NCBI RefSeq assembly: GCF_004010195.1
Contig: NC_057718.1
Coordinates: 43,983,809 to 44,047,808, forward strand
Direction of reading: 5' to 3'
Length of the DNA: 64,000 nt
Origin: Chiloscyllium plagiosum
Lineage: Eukaryota
The notes under the pieces are model-generated. The model saw only the letters and a list, made by a program, of their open reading frames with translations. It was not told the DNA's origin and searched no databases. The first letter of the stretch is position 1; each line of letters begins with the position of its first letter. The position numbers and the translations under genes were made by a program. Below, piece by piece: positions 1 through 13,568 of this stretch.

Positions 1-97
1 CTCTTTAACATTTCTGTCTTCATCTTGTCATATAAACACAGTGGCTACAAGAGCAGCCCAGACGCTAGGAATACTGCAGAGTGTAACTTGCCTCCTA

Positions 98-230
98 GTC
101 TGAAGAAGGGTCACTGGCGTCAGAACATTAAGTCTGATTTCTCTCCACAGATGCTGCCACACCTGCTGCATTTTTTCAACAATTTCTGTTTTGTTTCTGA
201 TTTTCAGCATCCTCAGTTCTTTTGTTTTTT
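98..230 (+). mobile_element. Short Penelope-derived terminal-repeat element with a degenerate hammerhead motif
   Basis: CTGAAGAAGGGTCACTGG...CACAGATGCTGCC..ACCTGCTG, same family as 30692-30942. Confidence 0.7.
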
Positions 231-251
231 TTAACTTACTCTTGACTCCCC

Positions 252-792
252 TAAGCTTGTAATCCATCTACAAACCACAAATCAGGAGTGTGATGGAATA
301 CTCTCCACTTCCCTGGATGAATGCAACTCCAACAACACTCAAGAATCTTGACACCATCCAGGACAAAACAGCCCACTTGATTAGTGTTACATCCACAAAC
401 ATCTACTTGGTCCTCAGCAGCAGCAGTGTGTACCATCTACAACATGCACTGCAGGACTTCACCAAAGATCCTTAGACAGCACCTTCCAAACTCAGGATCA
501 CTTCTATCTCGATATACAATGGCATTACATACATGGGAACACCACCACCTGCCAGTTGCTCTCCAAGCCACTCACCATTCTACTTGGTAATGTATCACTG
601 TTCCTTAACTGTCATGAGGTCAAGATCCTGGAATTCCCTCCCTCAGGGCATTGTGGGCCAACCCACAGCACATGGACTGCAGTGGTTCACGAAGGTAGCT
701 CGCCACTCCCTTCTCAAGGGCAACTAGGGAAGGGCAATAAAATGCTGACCAGCCAGCGATGTTCATGGCCCACGAGGGAATATATTAAAAAA
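252..792 (+). mobile_element. Non-LTR retrotransposon 3' fragment (abundant shark LINE family)
   Basis: RT C-terminal-like RSVMEYSPLPWMNATPTTLKNLDTIQDK and 3' end CTTCTCAAGGGCAACTAGG...GGCAATAAA, shared with copies at about 8.0-9.4 kb, 25.4-25.8 kb and 60.7-61.5 kb. Confidence 0.8.
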
Positions 793-2240
793 ATTCCAAT
801 TTTTTTTTCACCTTCTGTACATTAGTTAAATCTATTTTATATTATCTGCTTTACACTTCATGGTTTGCATTCTCCATGGCACAGCGAAGATTCTTATGTC
901 TGATTGGTTAGAGACAATCCCCAGCTCTTGTTATGTTCAAAGATGTGACAAATCCCCTGTATAAGGTACTGCATCAAAACAATAAAACAATTGAAACTCC
1001 CACTGATAAGCCCGTCATAACCCACTGGTAACTGTCAGTGAAGAGAATGCCAAGTACTATTTCGCCACAACTAAGAATAAAGTCCAGGACATTGTTTCCC
1101 AGGTTAATGAATTAAGAGCTAGGCTATGTAATTTTATTTCGACTGCCTTAAGTTAAATGGAAACTGCAATTGAAGAAGCAGGAAATATAAAAAATGCAAT
1201 GTATGAATGTAGTTCAGCAACTGTTCTATAAAATCTACTGGATTAAAAAAAAATACTTTTGTAATTGTTACAGAATTCTGGAATGAAACTCACATTGGTT
1301 ATAGGTTAAACACTATGCATATGTTTAGCCAAAACACAAAGTGCTAGAACTTGTGACTCAGCTAATGCAAAGCTAACGTCACTCATTCTTACTCAAGGTC
1401 AATTGGAAAACAGCTTCAAGCATAGATATGTGGACTTAAATGTGACTATACAAATATTATTCCATTCCACTTTTATCATCATACCACTTTCATCCCACTT
1501 TCAGACTCCCCCCTCCTTTTAAAAAAAGTCTATTGCTATAGCGGCTTTTTTAAAATTTGCTCATTAAACTTGTTACAGAGAGTTGTCTTGTCATTAGTAG
1601 TGCAAGTCCCTTTAAATTATATGAAGTTATAATGACTGACAAACAATCTCTCTGGAAATAAAAATTAATCAGGCATGGAATCTTATTAATTTAGATTTTG
1701 GATATTTTATGCACGTTTCTAAAAATATCACGTGTTAATTTTTACAATGTTTCATACCATTTATTACTCTTTCCTAATCTCTCTCTCTTAATCCAATTTA
1801 AATTTAAATCTTAATTTATTTATGTTTCAGTAACTGATTTGGAATAAGTTTGACCCCTTTAATCCATGTTTTTTCTTAATCTTTCTTGTCATTATTTTCC
1901 AATCTTTAAATTTTATCTATTAATGCAATGCCTTGTGATTACCCAGGCCATTCAGATTTCAGGGAAACAGTGTACTCAAATACTCTTTCTCTCAGTCAGC
2001 CAAAGGTTGAGCTGGCAACTTACAGCTTTGTCGTCTATGAGGCCTTTGTTGAGGAGAAACTCTGCAACTATAGAAAGTAGTTCATATCTGTCTACATCTC
2101 ATTGTTCATCTTCATCAATGCAATGAGATGTTTTCTTATTTAAAAAATGACTTTAATTTTCAGGGCATTTAGTGAAAGGTTAAATTTTTTTGTTTGTTTT
2201 GGAGGATTCCACTATGGTTTGGAGTTCATTATCAGAGTGA

Positions 2241-2303
2241 AAAATCACACAACACCAGATTATAGTCCAACATGTTTATTTGGGAGTATCTCCACATGAT
2301 GAA
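2241..2303. mobile_element. 63-bp Penelope-terminus-derived mini-insertion with 11-bp TSD
   Basis: AAAATCACACAACACCAGATTATAGTCCAAC matches the 15925 and 43863 elements. Flanked by TATCAGAGTGA at 2230-2240 and 2304-2314. Confidence 0.75.
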
Positions 2304-2786
2304 TATCAGAGTGAGCACACACTCACGCTCTGTGGCTGAGAGTGGAGTGCTTTTAGTTTTGGATTGAAGGTGATGTATTTTGACAGTTTCCCATTTGTTC
2401 TGTTGATTCTATTTATATCTGAAAGGATTTTTATTTATTTGTTCATGGGCAGCATGTCTTACCCATCTTTAATTTGCCCAGATGGCAGTAAGAATCAACC
2501 ACAATGACATGCGTTTGCAGACGCTTGGAGACCAGACTAGGTAAGGATGGCAGGTTTCCTTCCCTAGATGCCATTAAAGTAATAAATGATTTTTTTATTA
2601 ACAACAATTGATAATGGTTATACGGTTGCTACTAGGCTAACTACCAGGAAACATCATGACTAGTTTGACCAAGATGTCTTAGTGAATGTAATCATAGAGT
2701 TGTAATTAACTGAAAACTCCACTAAAGCTCAAGAAACAAGCATCAGTCCTACGGGTAATATGACAGCAAATAACTTCCAACTTAAA

Positions 2787-2886
2787 GTAAATGTAGGGGT
2801 ATGGGTGGGTTGCGCTTCGGCGGGTCGGTGTGGACTTGTTGGGCCGAAGGGCCTGTTTCCATACTGTAATGTAATCTAATCTAATC
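2787..2886 (+). mobile_element. 5'-truncated HE1 SINE 3' end
   Basis: GTAAATGTAGGGGTATGGGTGGGTTGCGCTTCGGCGGGTCGG...(TAATC)n tail, with CTTAAAG repeated at both junctions. Confidence 0.88.
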
Positions 2887-2949
2887 TTAAAGAACAAATA
2901 GGGTAGAAAGAGTACAAGAGATCTAACAACTTGTGGACGCAAATGACAT

Positions 2950-3700
2950 GCATGGTTTCTTCAGCACTGTTAACATGATCATGGCCCCAAGCGCATGAAG
3001 GTTCACCAACTTCAAAGCCAAGCATAGACAAGCACAGAGAAGCAGTCTGAACCTGCTGCACAGAATACATTGAAGCATTTCTTAAACAAGATTATTTCTA
3101 CAGCTTAAAACATCTGGAGCTCCATTTTTCTGTACCTCTTCCAGTGTCAAATTTTTAACAAGTTGTTTGATGGCTGTGAAACAACAAGGCTTCTGAAGCA
3201 GATAGAATCTCTGAAAATTCTAAAGTGCCGTGAGGTATACTCCTGGCGTCTAGGATGGAGGGAGCATGCTGGGTATCTCTGGAACACTGCACTCATGACC
3301 ATATTCAAGATGGAGAACAAGTCTGATTGTGATAACTACTGAGGAGCTTACCTGCTGCTTGCCACAGACATTTTTGGAATTACCCTCCTGAGTAATATTC
3401 TTCCAGTGGTCAAAGGACTCCTTCCAAAGTGACTGTGCAGTTTAGCTTTGCTTGTGTTGGTTTAATGAGCAGACTGTGAAGATGTCCACACCACCTACCC
3501 CTTGATAGGTACTGATATCTGCTGGACTGATCACCACCTTTTCTGTTCTATCATTTCTGTCAGCTTGGACTTTAAACAGTGGAGCCAAAGAACTAATGCC
3601 ACAAGAAAATTAGCATTGAATGTCTCAAGTATCTCATTAAGGCAGTCCTGCTTTGCTTATGTCCACTGCAAACCTCTCAGCCTCCAGTGACCAAGAGGTT
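2950..3700 (+). mobile_element. Degraded RTE-clade LINE fragment
   Basis: Decayed TIFKMENKSDCDNY*G motif (RTE RT 'IFKKGDKSDCGNYRG') near 3300-3345. Confidence 0.55.
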
Positions 3701-6209
3701 TGCAATTTACCAACAGCCAAAATAGTCTAGTGACTGAGCGCATTATATTCAAACCTGAAAGCAATACAAATTTAAGTGGGAAAGTAAGCTGGAGAATGTA
3801 AAGGGATAGTGATTAGTTGAATGAGTCGGTAAGAACATGGGAGATGGAATGTAATGGGCCAAGTGTGAAGTTGTCCACTTTGATGGGAAAAAATAGAAAA
3901 TAATATATTTATTAAATGATTGATGTCTGATAGAGTCACTAGACTTGAAACGTTAATTCTGCTTTCTCCCCACAGATGCTGCCAGACATGTTGAGTTTCT
4001 CCAGTAATTTTGTTTCACCACTCTTTGATCTCTCTGATATACCTTCCTTAGTTTTGTACCATGAGGTATTCAGGGATGCTTCAGTACAAACCTTCATTAT
4101 TAATTATTAAGTGACTTTCCAAACACCACCGTATCCGTCAATTCTTGAACTCCCCTTAATACTTCTTGTGTAAGAATTCAATTTTTATATTCCTTTTTCT
4201 CTTTTTTTTTCTGATGAAGCATTCTAGTTACTTCAAATATATATGCTTTTCTATAATTGTGTAAACAATATTCAAGAGTTTAAAAAATGGATTTAGCCTA
4301 AAATATGTTTTGAATCTTTTACTGTAGGAAAGACATCAAAGTCATGTAAAGGTGTAGCAGTAATTGCTAAAATGGTAGCAAGATGAGTGTAATTGTGAAG
4401 AAAGACAAAAATAGCTTGTTCTCTTTTCATTAGGTCATTAAGTCTTCAGAGGTGCTCAGATGGTCTGTCCTATTGCTCTCATTATTAGTCGTGACTATGT
4501 CCCACTCTTTGCCAGTACTAAACAAATGAAGTCAGTGGCCATGCTTCTTCCATTGGCACTTTCAGAAGTGTGCAGCATATGATTGTGTTCTGATTTGAGC
4601 AGAGTCATATTTCTAGCTCTAAAATTCAGCATCACTTACAAACTACCATTTCCTTGCTCTCAAGGGTCCAACATTCGTAGCAAAGTCTGAAACAAAATTT
4701 GCGTGGATCTTGTTTAGAATCCATTTAAGCATATTGTAACATTTAATTATTCTTAAGTCATCTAAATTGGATGATTTCTTTTTTTTTGTCTATTATCTAA
4801 GTCAGATTAAAATGTTAATAAGACAGCCTGATACTATAAGTCATATCCATAGAACAACAAACATGGAGGAGGTTGATTCATTTTGTTTTTAAAACTTAAT
4901 GTACAGTAAAAAATAAAATCAATTTTAGTTAAGAACCTACCATCTGTTCTTTACAAACTAGCTTTAGTTTATAGCCAGAGAGACTTGAAAAGATTTAAAT
5001 TAACTGTTATTGGGTAAAATGTTTATTCCCTTGATTTTAATTTTGTCACAATTTAAAATATGTCAGCCTTCTGTAAACAAATTAAAGCTTTCATTTCAGG
5101 TATGCTTCTCCACCACTCTCTGCACAGATACACAAAATGCCATTCTTATCATCTTGATTTACATGCTGCCAATTCTTTTCTGACCACTCTCTGCCTTGGT
5201 ACTGTTAGACAGGCGCAGAATGCCTAATATACAATGCAGCTGTCTAGGTCAATCTGTGACCAAATTTGATTTAGCAGCCATTAATATGAGTCAGATTGGA
5301 AAGCTTGCACAGGCCTCCATCTCCTGACAAGGCCTTGCAACAGTGAATGGGACAAGGTCATGAAATGTAGCACAGGGCTGACAGCCAAGTATAGAGGGCT
5401 CTAATAGTTACCAGAGAACAGCAACCAAAAGATACCAAAGTGACAGGAATCTGGACATTCTTTGGAGGGTGTGGCTTGCCAGACGTTTTGAGACTAACAG
5501 CTTCTTGGAACATTTTTTGGTTGCATCTCCAATAATCTGAAGTAGCAGTCCACCTCATTTGTGGTATTATGTGCAGACCACACTTGTACAAATTTAGGAA
5601 GCCTCAGAAGTCCTAAAGTTAAATGGCCAATAAAGTCAGTTCCTACTTTTGTTCAGATCTTTGCACCTTGAGGATGTGTATTTCCAACAGGGAGAGATTG
5701 CAGGAAAATCAGCAAATGACCTTGGAGAATTGGTCTGCCATGCTTAATTAGAGGCAATTCTGGTGGTGATAGCTCTCTTGAACATTCCCAGAAAAATAGA
5801 TTCCATGGTCCCAATGTCCATCAGAATAGGCTCTTTTGGTCCAATGGCAGGAGTGAACATTTGTCTGTAAACTTTAGCTTTAGCTTCAGATGATCACAAC
5901 ATTTTTAGTGGATCATAAGAAAAACAATGAATCATTCTGTTCAGCCAAGTTCATACCTTGATCTTAAAATTATCCTTCTGCGTGTACTTCTGCCTGAATA
6001 CACTGAAGCTGATAGTGCACATTTTCACCTGGACAAAACTTCTCATTGTAAATCCAATCCATTACCAAAAACAGTACAGTAATGTATTGCTTAAAGTTAC
6101 AGTATGATCGTGAAAATTGTGAGTTTAAGTGGAATGATTTTAAGCAAAATACAATTTCTCATTAAAATCAACATAAAACAATGATTAGGCTTTACATGAC
6201 TTTTCTTAT

Positions 6210-6584
6210 GGTTGGTGGGGGACGAAAGTGACTGAACTGGTCCTCACTCTGAACAACTTCGCTTTCCAATCCTCCCAATTAAAAATACCTCGACATGGTC
6301 CTGTCCCCTTTAGTCCAAGAACTCCCCACCTACGTTTGGGACACCACCCACGCCCTCCACCTCCTCCATGATTTTCACTTCCCCGGTCCCCAACGCCTTA
6401 TCTTCACCATGGACATCCAGTCCCTGTACACCTCCATCCCCCACCATGAAGGACTCAAAGCCCTCCGCTTCTTCCTTTCCTGCTGTACCAACAAGTACCC
6501 TTCCACTGACACCCTCCTTCGACTGACTGAACTGGTCCTCACTCTGAACAACTTCTCTTTCCAATCCTCCCACTTAAAGTGAAC
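6210..6584 (+). mobile_element. Penelope-like RT internal fragment with 15-bp TSD and 55-bp terminal duplication
   Basis: ORF LIFTMDIQSLYTSIPH...LTELVLTLNNFSF (PLE RT motif). TSD CATGACTTTTCTTAT at 6195-6209 and 6585-6599. Confidence 0.88.
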
Positions 6585-6644
6585 CATGACTTTTCTTATC
6601 CCAAGGAAAAATTAAGAAGTTATATCCTGTCAATAAAAAATCCT

Positions 6645-6954
6645 GGTGGGCGGCACGGTGGCACAGTGGTTAGCACTGCTGCCTCACAGTGCCAGAAACC
6701 CGGGTTCAATTCCTGCCTCAGGCGACTCTCTGTGTGGAGTTTGCACATCCTCCCTGTGTCTGCGTGGGTTTCCTCCGGGTGCCCAATCCAAAAATGTGCA
6801 AGTTAGGTGAATTGGCCATGCTAAATTGCCCGTAGTGTTAGGTGAAGGGGTGAATGTAGGAGAATGGGTCTGGGTGGGTTACGCTTCGGCGGGTCGGTGT
6901 GGACTTGTTGGGCCGAAGGGACTGTTTCCACACTGTAACTAATCTAATCTAATC
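6645..6954 (+). mobile_element. HE1 SINE
   Basis: tRNA-like head GGCGGCACGGTGGCACAGTGGTTAGCACTGCTGCCTCAC, V-SINE-type core, CR1-like tail (TAATC)n. Confidence 0.93.
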
Positions 6955-7559
6955 AAAAATACTTTACATTGTTAAATTCCTATATTCTTGCCTGACAAAA
7001 CCTTTTCAACTAAAGTAAATGTAAATATATACAGTAAAAGGAATATGCTTGTATTTGCTAATGTGTTTGCCCCCGTTCCTTCTTACACCCACATTCCACT
7101 TTCTGACCACCTTGTTTGCTGTGTCCCCTCCTCTCATCAACTTTCCAAATTGCAATCTCAGAACTCTGCAGCTTTTGCTTCAGATCTGATCTGGACTTTC
7201 CTTGACCATTGCCAACAATCCCTACCTAACTTACCATTCAACTAATAAACAGAAGGAAGGGAATGGGTAAAGGAAGCACATATTGTGCCCAGTCAGAACT
7301 TGCCATGGCAGCTTTCATAGGATACAATTTCCATGGAGAGAGATTCACAATCAGCTTATGTCTGAGGTCCAGGGAGGTAGAGCCAGGTATGTTTATAGTA
7401 TTGTCATAAATCTCGAAAAGAGATCTATGACAACTTCAGCTGATTGACACAGACATTAATAGACTTCACCATTACCAGAAAGGTCCACATGACCATCCCA
7501 GTGACAACTGTTCAGGGAGTTCAAATGGGCTTGGAAATTGTTGAGAGGCTGGAAGAGAG

Positions 7560-7915
7560 TCAGAGAGGAGAATGGAATTCTCTGTTGGCTGGCTAATGAT
7601 AAGAAAAGAGAAGTGAAGCAACTTATAATTTTCAGTTGGTTCAAGTGTTAAATGTTGGTCATGATCATGATCAAGCTGGACAGAAAGTGTCAGAAAAAGT
7701 GAGAGCACTGACCAGAAACATTGCTGCTGGTCTGAGATGGCTATCAATATTGATGATGACTGTTCAAATTGTGAAAGGCATACCTTGGCCAAAGCAACAA
7801 AATGGCTTCATCCCAACATAGAATCCATTTGCTAAGAGAGTTCTAGAAATCCTTGAAATGGATGTAATGGTCTTTGACCCGTTGGTAATGGAATAAGAAA
7901 ATATTCTCAAATTCA
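7560..7915 (+). mobile_element. Degraded Gypsy LTR-retrotransposon integrase remnant
   Basis: Frameshifted HDQAGQK..RALTRN / WSEMAINIDDDCSNCERHTLAK / KRVLEILEMDVMVFDP..ENIL, resembling an integrase HHCC zinc finger and the start of the catalytic core. Confidence 0.65.
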
Positions 7916-7959
7916 GAAAATCCCACATGGTTCACAAATATTAGTGAAAGAAAATACCC

Positions 7960-9380
7960 ATCCTTACCCAGTATAACTCCAGACACCAGCAATGTGGTTA
8001 ACTCTTAACTGCTTTCTGAGTTGGCCTAGCAAATGGCCTACTCATTTGTAATAATCGCTAGAAAGTCTTAAAGAAGAAATAAAGCCATCAAACTAGGCAC
8101 TTGAAATGACAATAGCTAAAGTAAGTTTGTGGATCCTGCAAAGTCCTCCTTACTAACATCTGGGAGCCAGTGCCAAAATTGGAAAAACCATCTCACAATC
8201 TAATCAAGCCTGATAAAGTCACATTCATGGAATCAAACCTTACAGTCACCAACATCAACATTCCCTGGATATTTCTATCTTAGTAGCAGGAGAAACCCAA
8301 TAGTGGTGATGGCACAGTGGCATAAGGTTGAGAGGGAGTTACCCTTGAAGTTCTGAACATTGACTCAGGACACTATGAAGTCTCAAGGCACCAGATCAAA
8401 CATGGACAAGAAAACCTCCTGCAGGCTACCATATTACCATTCTTCCTCTGCTAATGAATCAATACTCCTCCACATTGAACAACACTTGGAGGAAGCACTG
8501 AGAATGACAAGGGTGCAAAGTGTTCTCTGGGTGGGGAATTTCAATATCCACCAGCAAGAGTGGCTTGTCAGCAGCATTACTGATTGAGCTGGTTCCCTGC
8601 ATTTTGAGGTCAGAAATGGGGATGTTTGCTAATGATTGTGCAATGTTTAGTATCATCCATGATTCCTCAGATACTGAAGCAGACCATGTCCAAATGCAGC
8701 AAGATCTCGACAATATCCAGACTTGGGCTGAATAGCAGCAAGTAACACTGTATCTCTCAAATGACAGGCAATAACTATCTGCAAAAGGGACAATCTAAGC
8801 ACCATCCCTTGGTATTCAAAGGTATCACCACCACAAAATCCACCATTCTCAACACCTTGGGAGTTACCATTGTCCAGAAACTGAATTGAACTAGCCATAT
8901 AAATACAGTGACTACAAGAGTAGGTCAGAGGCTAGGATGCTTGACACCATCCAAGACAAAGCAGCCTGTTTTATTGACACCACATGCACAAACATCCATT
9001 CCCTCCACCAACAATGCTCAATAGTTACAGTGTGTGCCATCTACAAGATGCACTGCAGAAATTCATGAAAGCTAGAATTTCAAAATCCATGACTAACTTT
9101 CATCTATATCGCAATAGTACATACAAGGGAGCGTCAGCACCTGCAAGTTCCACTCCAAGCAACATATCATCCTTATTTGGAAATATATTGCTGTTTCTTC
9201 ATTGTTGATGTATCCAAATGCTGGAATTTCTCCCCAAGTGCATTGTGGGTTAACCTACAGCAAATGGACTGCAGCAGCTCAAGAAAGCAGCTCACCATCA
9301 CCTTTTCAAGGGCAACTAGGGACAGGAAATAAATGCAGGGAAGGCAGTGACACCTACATCCCATGAGTAAATTTTAAAAA
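7960..9380 (+). mobile_element. Internally deleted copy of the LINE family at 252-792
   Basis: Endonuclease-like VLWVGNFNIHQQEWL joined to RT-like MGMFANDCAMF...MQQDLDNIQTWA and the same 3' tail. Confidence 0.8.
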
Positions 9381-10119
9381 AGACTTTGGACACAATTAGG
9401 GTAGAGGTGAGAAAGCAGCAGTGTTCTCATCCACCACCTCTGGCCCAAGTAAATGACCCCCAATCATCCACCTCCCACTAAGCTTGCCAGGCAGAAAGCA
9501 CAAGGTTCTGCCCAGAAAGTGTTTCTCCATGCATTGCAAAAGCAACAAGCAGGCTACTAGAGAGGGCATTGCAGGCTAAACCTCTGGAATTGTCATAGAA
9601 ACAATTAGATGGGCTTAATGATGTTCCCATATTCTAATTTTGGAGTGATGGACCTAAAATCAGTTATATTTTTTTTCTATTATTGTATGCATGAAATGCA
9701 ATCTGTTGCTGCCACTATTGGTAGACATTATATTTGCTTTTATAATGCAAAAGCAGTTTGTGTTTTCTTATTTCATTTGGATTGCATAGAGTCTTATGAT
9801 GATTTACGTCAAAGAACACAGAACAGTGCTTTCAGATCTTATTGCATTTGTGCATCTAGGTGAGCTGACATACTTCAAAAGGAATGTATAAAATTCAGCA
9901 GCACTCGTAATGTTAATTATTGATCTGTTGCTGTGTAATAATTTTTATTGTATGAATAATTTGATTCTGTATATTAGTTCTTGTAATGAATATATATGAA
10001 GCTTTCTATATGACATTCATTTGTGACATTCCATCTATATTTATAAAGACTGGTTCCTATTTTAATTCTTGAAATTATTATTTCAATTTGTGGTTAAATT
10101 ATTTTGATAACACATGAGA

Positions 10120-10330
10120 TCTATGTTGTGGAATTCTCTTCAGCTCAGGCAACAGTGGGAGCAGGGTCACTGAATATTTTTAAGGTTGGGTTAGATTCTT
10201 GATTGACAAGGGAGTCAAAGGACATAGGCAGGAAAGTGGAGTTGAGAGCATAACCAGATCACGCATGATTTCATCAAATGACAGAGCATTCTTGAGCATT
10301 CTTCCTGAATAGCCTACCATTATGCCTAAT
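10120..10330 (+). mobile_element. Old CR1 LINE 3' end
   Basis: TGTGGAATTCTCT...GAATATTTTTAAGG...GGAAAGTGGAGTTGAG CR1 3' signature. Confidence 0.65.
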
Positions 10331-12944
10331 TTAATTTATGTGAGATTAATTTAGTTCAGGTAAATAATTAGCGATTGATGATAATACTGATCTTCAAATA
10401 TATTACTTAACTCACTGATATTTATTGAGTAAATATTTCTTACATCTTGCAGATAGTAATCAGTTTCATTAAAGGTGAAATTTTGTCTGTAGCTTATACT
10501 CTGCGAGCATACACATCTGGTACCTTCTTGTAGATGTTTAAATTTTAATTCATACCCTGTACCTATGGTTTTAAAAAAGATGTAAGGAATTGTTTGATCA
10601 TATTGCAATGCTAAAGAATAAAAATGTGCAGCAACACATGCAATAAATTAGTATTGGTGTGCCATCCATCTTTTGCAGGATCTTTAACTATTGAAATGTT
10701 TGGGAAAGACAGCATAAACTCTTAGGATGATAGTATGGCTAAGGATCTCAAAGATTTGATCTTTTGTTTTTGCATTGATTTTCAGTAATTGACGGTCAAC
10801 TTCTATAGATCAATTGTGTTAACCTACTTTCAGAAACACCAGTTTGAACTTAATTTTTTTTTAATTTTGTACTTGTGGTGAGAGTGCTTACCCATTGGCA
10901 GTACTATCAGAAATATATACACATGCTTCACACTATTTCTAACTGTTGCTTTTTTAAATGGTTTGAAAAAAAGTATGCATTGTGGTACAGTTTTCTAATA
11001 TGTGGCACTGATAGTCAAGGTTCTTTACCGAGAATGTGAAGTCAAAAGATTTCCCGTATTGTGTGTTCTTAAAGTCTGGGAGCATTAGAATGTGTCATGA
11101 ATATGACAAAACTGAGTAGCCTGTCAGAAGAAAACCTTCAACAATGGTGCTGAATCACACATTAACATCCAACATAGACATATAAGCACTATAAATAACA
11201 CTCAGTACATCAGTACAGCTGTCATTTGCACAAATTGAAGTGATAATGGAAAGAGGAAGACATAAAAAGGTCTGCTTTAGTGACGAGGCCTTTCAAACGT
11301 TGTGAATAGCAAAACCGAAGAGGGGAATGCCGTCTACAGACAAGGACAACCCACTTGTAAACTAAGGGTTCAGCAGGTAGCAATCAATCATGTAGTTGAT
11401 TAATGTGGTTCCCACTATCCGCTTTGCGTGCACAAATGTACACAAGACGTATTTTAGTGTGACGTTCTAAGGTAAGCACTTAATATCACTATCAATTATG
11501 ACACAGCAAATATATAGGAATGAAGATCAGTTATTTTATCTTGCGATATTTGGGTGTGAGTGCTAATTTTGTTGTATTAATAGAAAAGTTTAACCAGTTG
11601 TGGAAATCAGACATTTGATTCTGACTACTTGCACACAGGATTATTGTTGAACTGAATTTCATCATTACACTGCTACAAGTGAAGCACAATGAGATTACAA
11701 GGCTATTTCTGCATGATTACTACAGGCTGGAAGAAGCAGACCTCCTGCCAAGAAAAATTGTTCACAAACTATCCTTATACATATCTCATCTTTAACAGAG
11801 AAGTATCTTGAATTTTATTTAACTGATGTAGAGTTCCTGATCCGAGCTGACCAACACCAATTTTCATTCATCAACACAGACTGCAGCCTTTAAGTATTGA
11901 ATGCCTATGACATGCAAATAGTGATAAATGGTTTTACAGTTTTGGAGAGGAGTGAATTCTTTAAGTTATCTTTGATTTCTTTGAACCCACTAAGCTTTCA
12001 GCTCCTATTGATGCTTCTCCTCCTGCAAAATGTGTAACATTGGCAGTGTTAATGAAACACCCATGCCACAGGGTTCACTGTAGGACTCCTTTAGACAATT
12101 GCACCAATTTCTACGGATCAGTGCTTCTAGTAGCAAAAGCCTGGATGTGAAAATTGAACAAAAACATTAAAAAGCTCAATTTGCATTTCTCTTGGTTTCT
12201 GTGCACAAATCAAATGTGGGTCCTGAAGGTATGTGTGTTAGCAGATCACTACACAGATGCTGAGATGTAACTGCGCTGAATCCTCACTGTAAACCTCGGT
12301 ATGTCTACATGGATTATTAGGGGTATTTTGGGGTCTCAGAGCTTTGCAGCAAGGTTGGATAATGCAGCACAGTGAGCCATAGAGTGGGTTGTTGCAGATC
12401 CTTAGGAATCTTACTCTGTAGTCCTCCACAACTTTCCCCTTCCTCCCTCCCTCCTTCCTCCAGATGTTATTTTTGCATCTCCCCCTCTGTTTACAAATAA
12501 AAGTCCCTTTAGTTCCATTGGCTATTAAGTTTTATTCTTTCTGGAATTTCTTTACTCCTCTTTTTTTTTCCACCTCTAAAACATTCTGGAGCACTATAAT
12601 TTAGACCAAAATTTGAAACACAAGTCTTAATCTTTTCACCATGACTTAACATCTGTTATCCTATTTCTGTTGACTCTACATTCTCCCCCTACAGTCAGTA
12701 CCTCCAATCTGTCCTTTCCCTTCCACATATAAAGTATCTTGGAATATGTTTTGTGATTTTACTGTTTTCTGTTATTTTGGTCTGTAATAGCTATCCACAA
12801 TCAGTTGTGACTTTCTCTCATTCTGTTCAAGCTCATTAATTCATTTCTTTCATCTGTTTGAAATTTCTGACATTTTCGCACCTCACCCTCTTTGATTTCT
12901 ATCTTACTTCTCACACAGTTTTCTCTGATTTTTCTTCTGGCTAC

Positions 12945-13180
12945 TGAAATAACTCTACAGAGGCCAATATCCTGTCACCAAGTAACCTGTTATTTGCATG
13001 TGCATTGTAATGGACATTGATCCAGCTCCCTCAGAGTCAACTCTCAGAGTCAACAGAACCTCTGACTGTCCTGTTTATGTCTGTCAGCCAGGGCTCCCTG
13101 AGTGGACCACGTTAACAGCTCTAATCAGGGAACTCATATTCCGTGAAGTCCACCTGACTGGCCTTGTTACAATCACTACA
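12945..13180 (-). mobile_element. Solo LTR (236 bp)
   Basis: TG...CA termini and 5-bp flanks GCTAC (12940-12944) / GTTAC (13181-13185) consistent with a TSD. AATAA-like signal on the minus strand. Confidence 0.65.
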
Positions 13181-13264
13181 GTTACATCCTGCTCTGGTCT
13201 AGCATATGGATTTTTGTCCTGACATCCTTTTATCAATCAATGGCATCACAGAGTGGATGATATC

Positions 13265-13568
13265 ACAGAGTCACAGGGTCATAGAATCATAGAGCTGTAC
13301 AGCATGGAAACAGACCCTTTGGTCTAACTCATTTATGCTGACCAGATATCATAAATTAATCTAGTCTCATTTGTCAGCATTTGGCCCATATTCCTCTAAA
13401 CCCTTCCTTTTCATATACCCATCCAGATGTCTTTTAAATGTTGTAATTGCACCAGCTTCCATCACTTCCTCTGGCAGCTCATTCCATATGTGTACCACCC
13501 TCTGTGTGAAAAGGTTGCCCTTAGGCCCCTTTTACTTCATTCCCCGTCTCACCTTAAACTTATGCCCG
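13265..13568 (-). mobile_element. CR1/HER1 LINE 3' end
   Basis: CATAGAATCATAGAG tail and CTCACCTTAAACTTATGCCC (reverse complement of GHKFKV-coding sequence). Confidence 0.85.

Noticed and set aside
1393..1401. Perfect ERR response element TCAAGGTCA
   Set aside because: A single 9-mer can occur by chance in 64 kb, and there is no supporting context.
6645..6725. tRNA-like A/B boxes at HE1 heads (also 35800-35877, 44446, 58391)
   Set aside because: These are SINE heads continuing into SINE body, not tRNA genes.
11200..11477. Possible exon ending at a strong donor AAG|GTAAGC
   Set aside because: Stops occur in all three frames in the last 20 nt and there is no usherin similarity. Kept only as a non-coding candidate.
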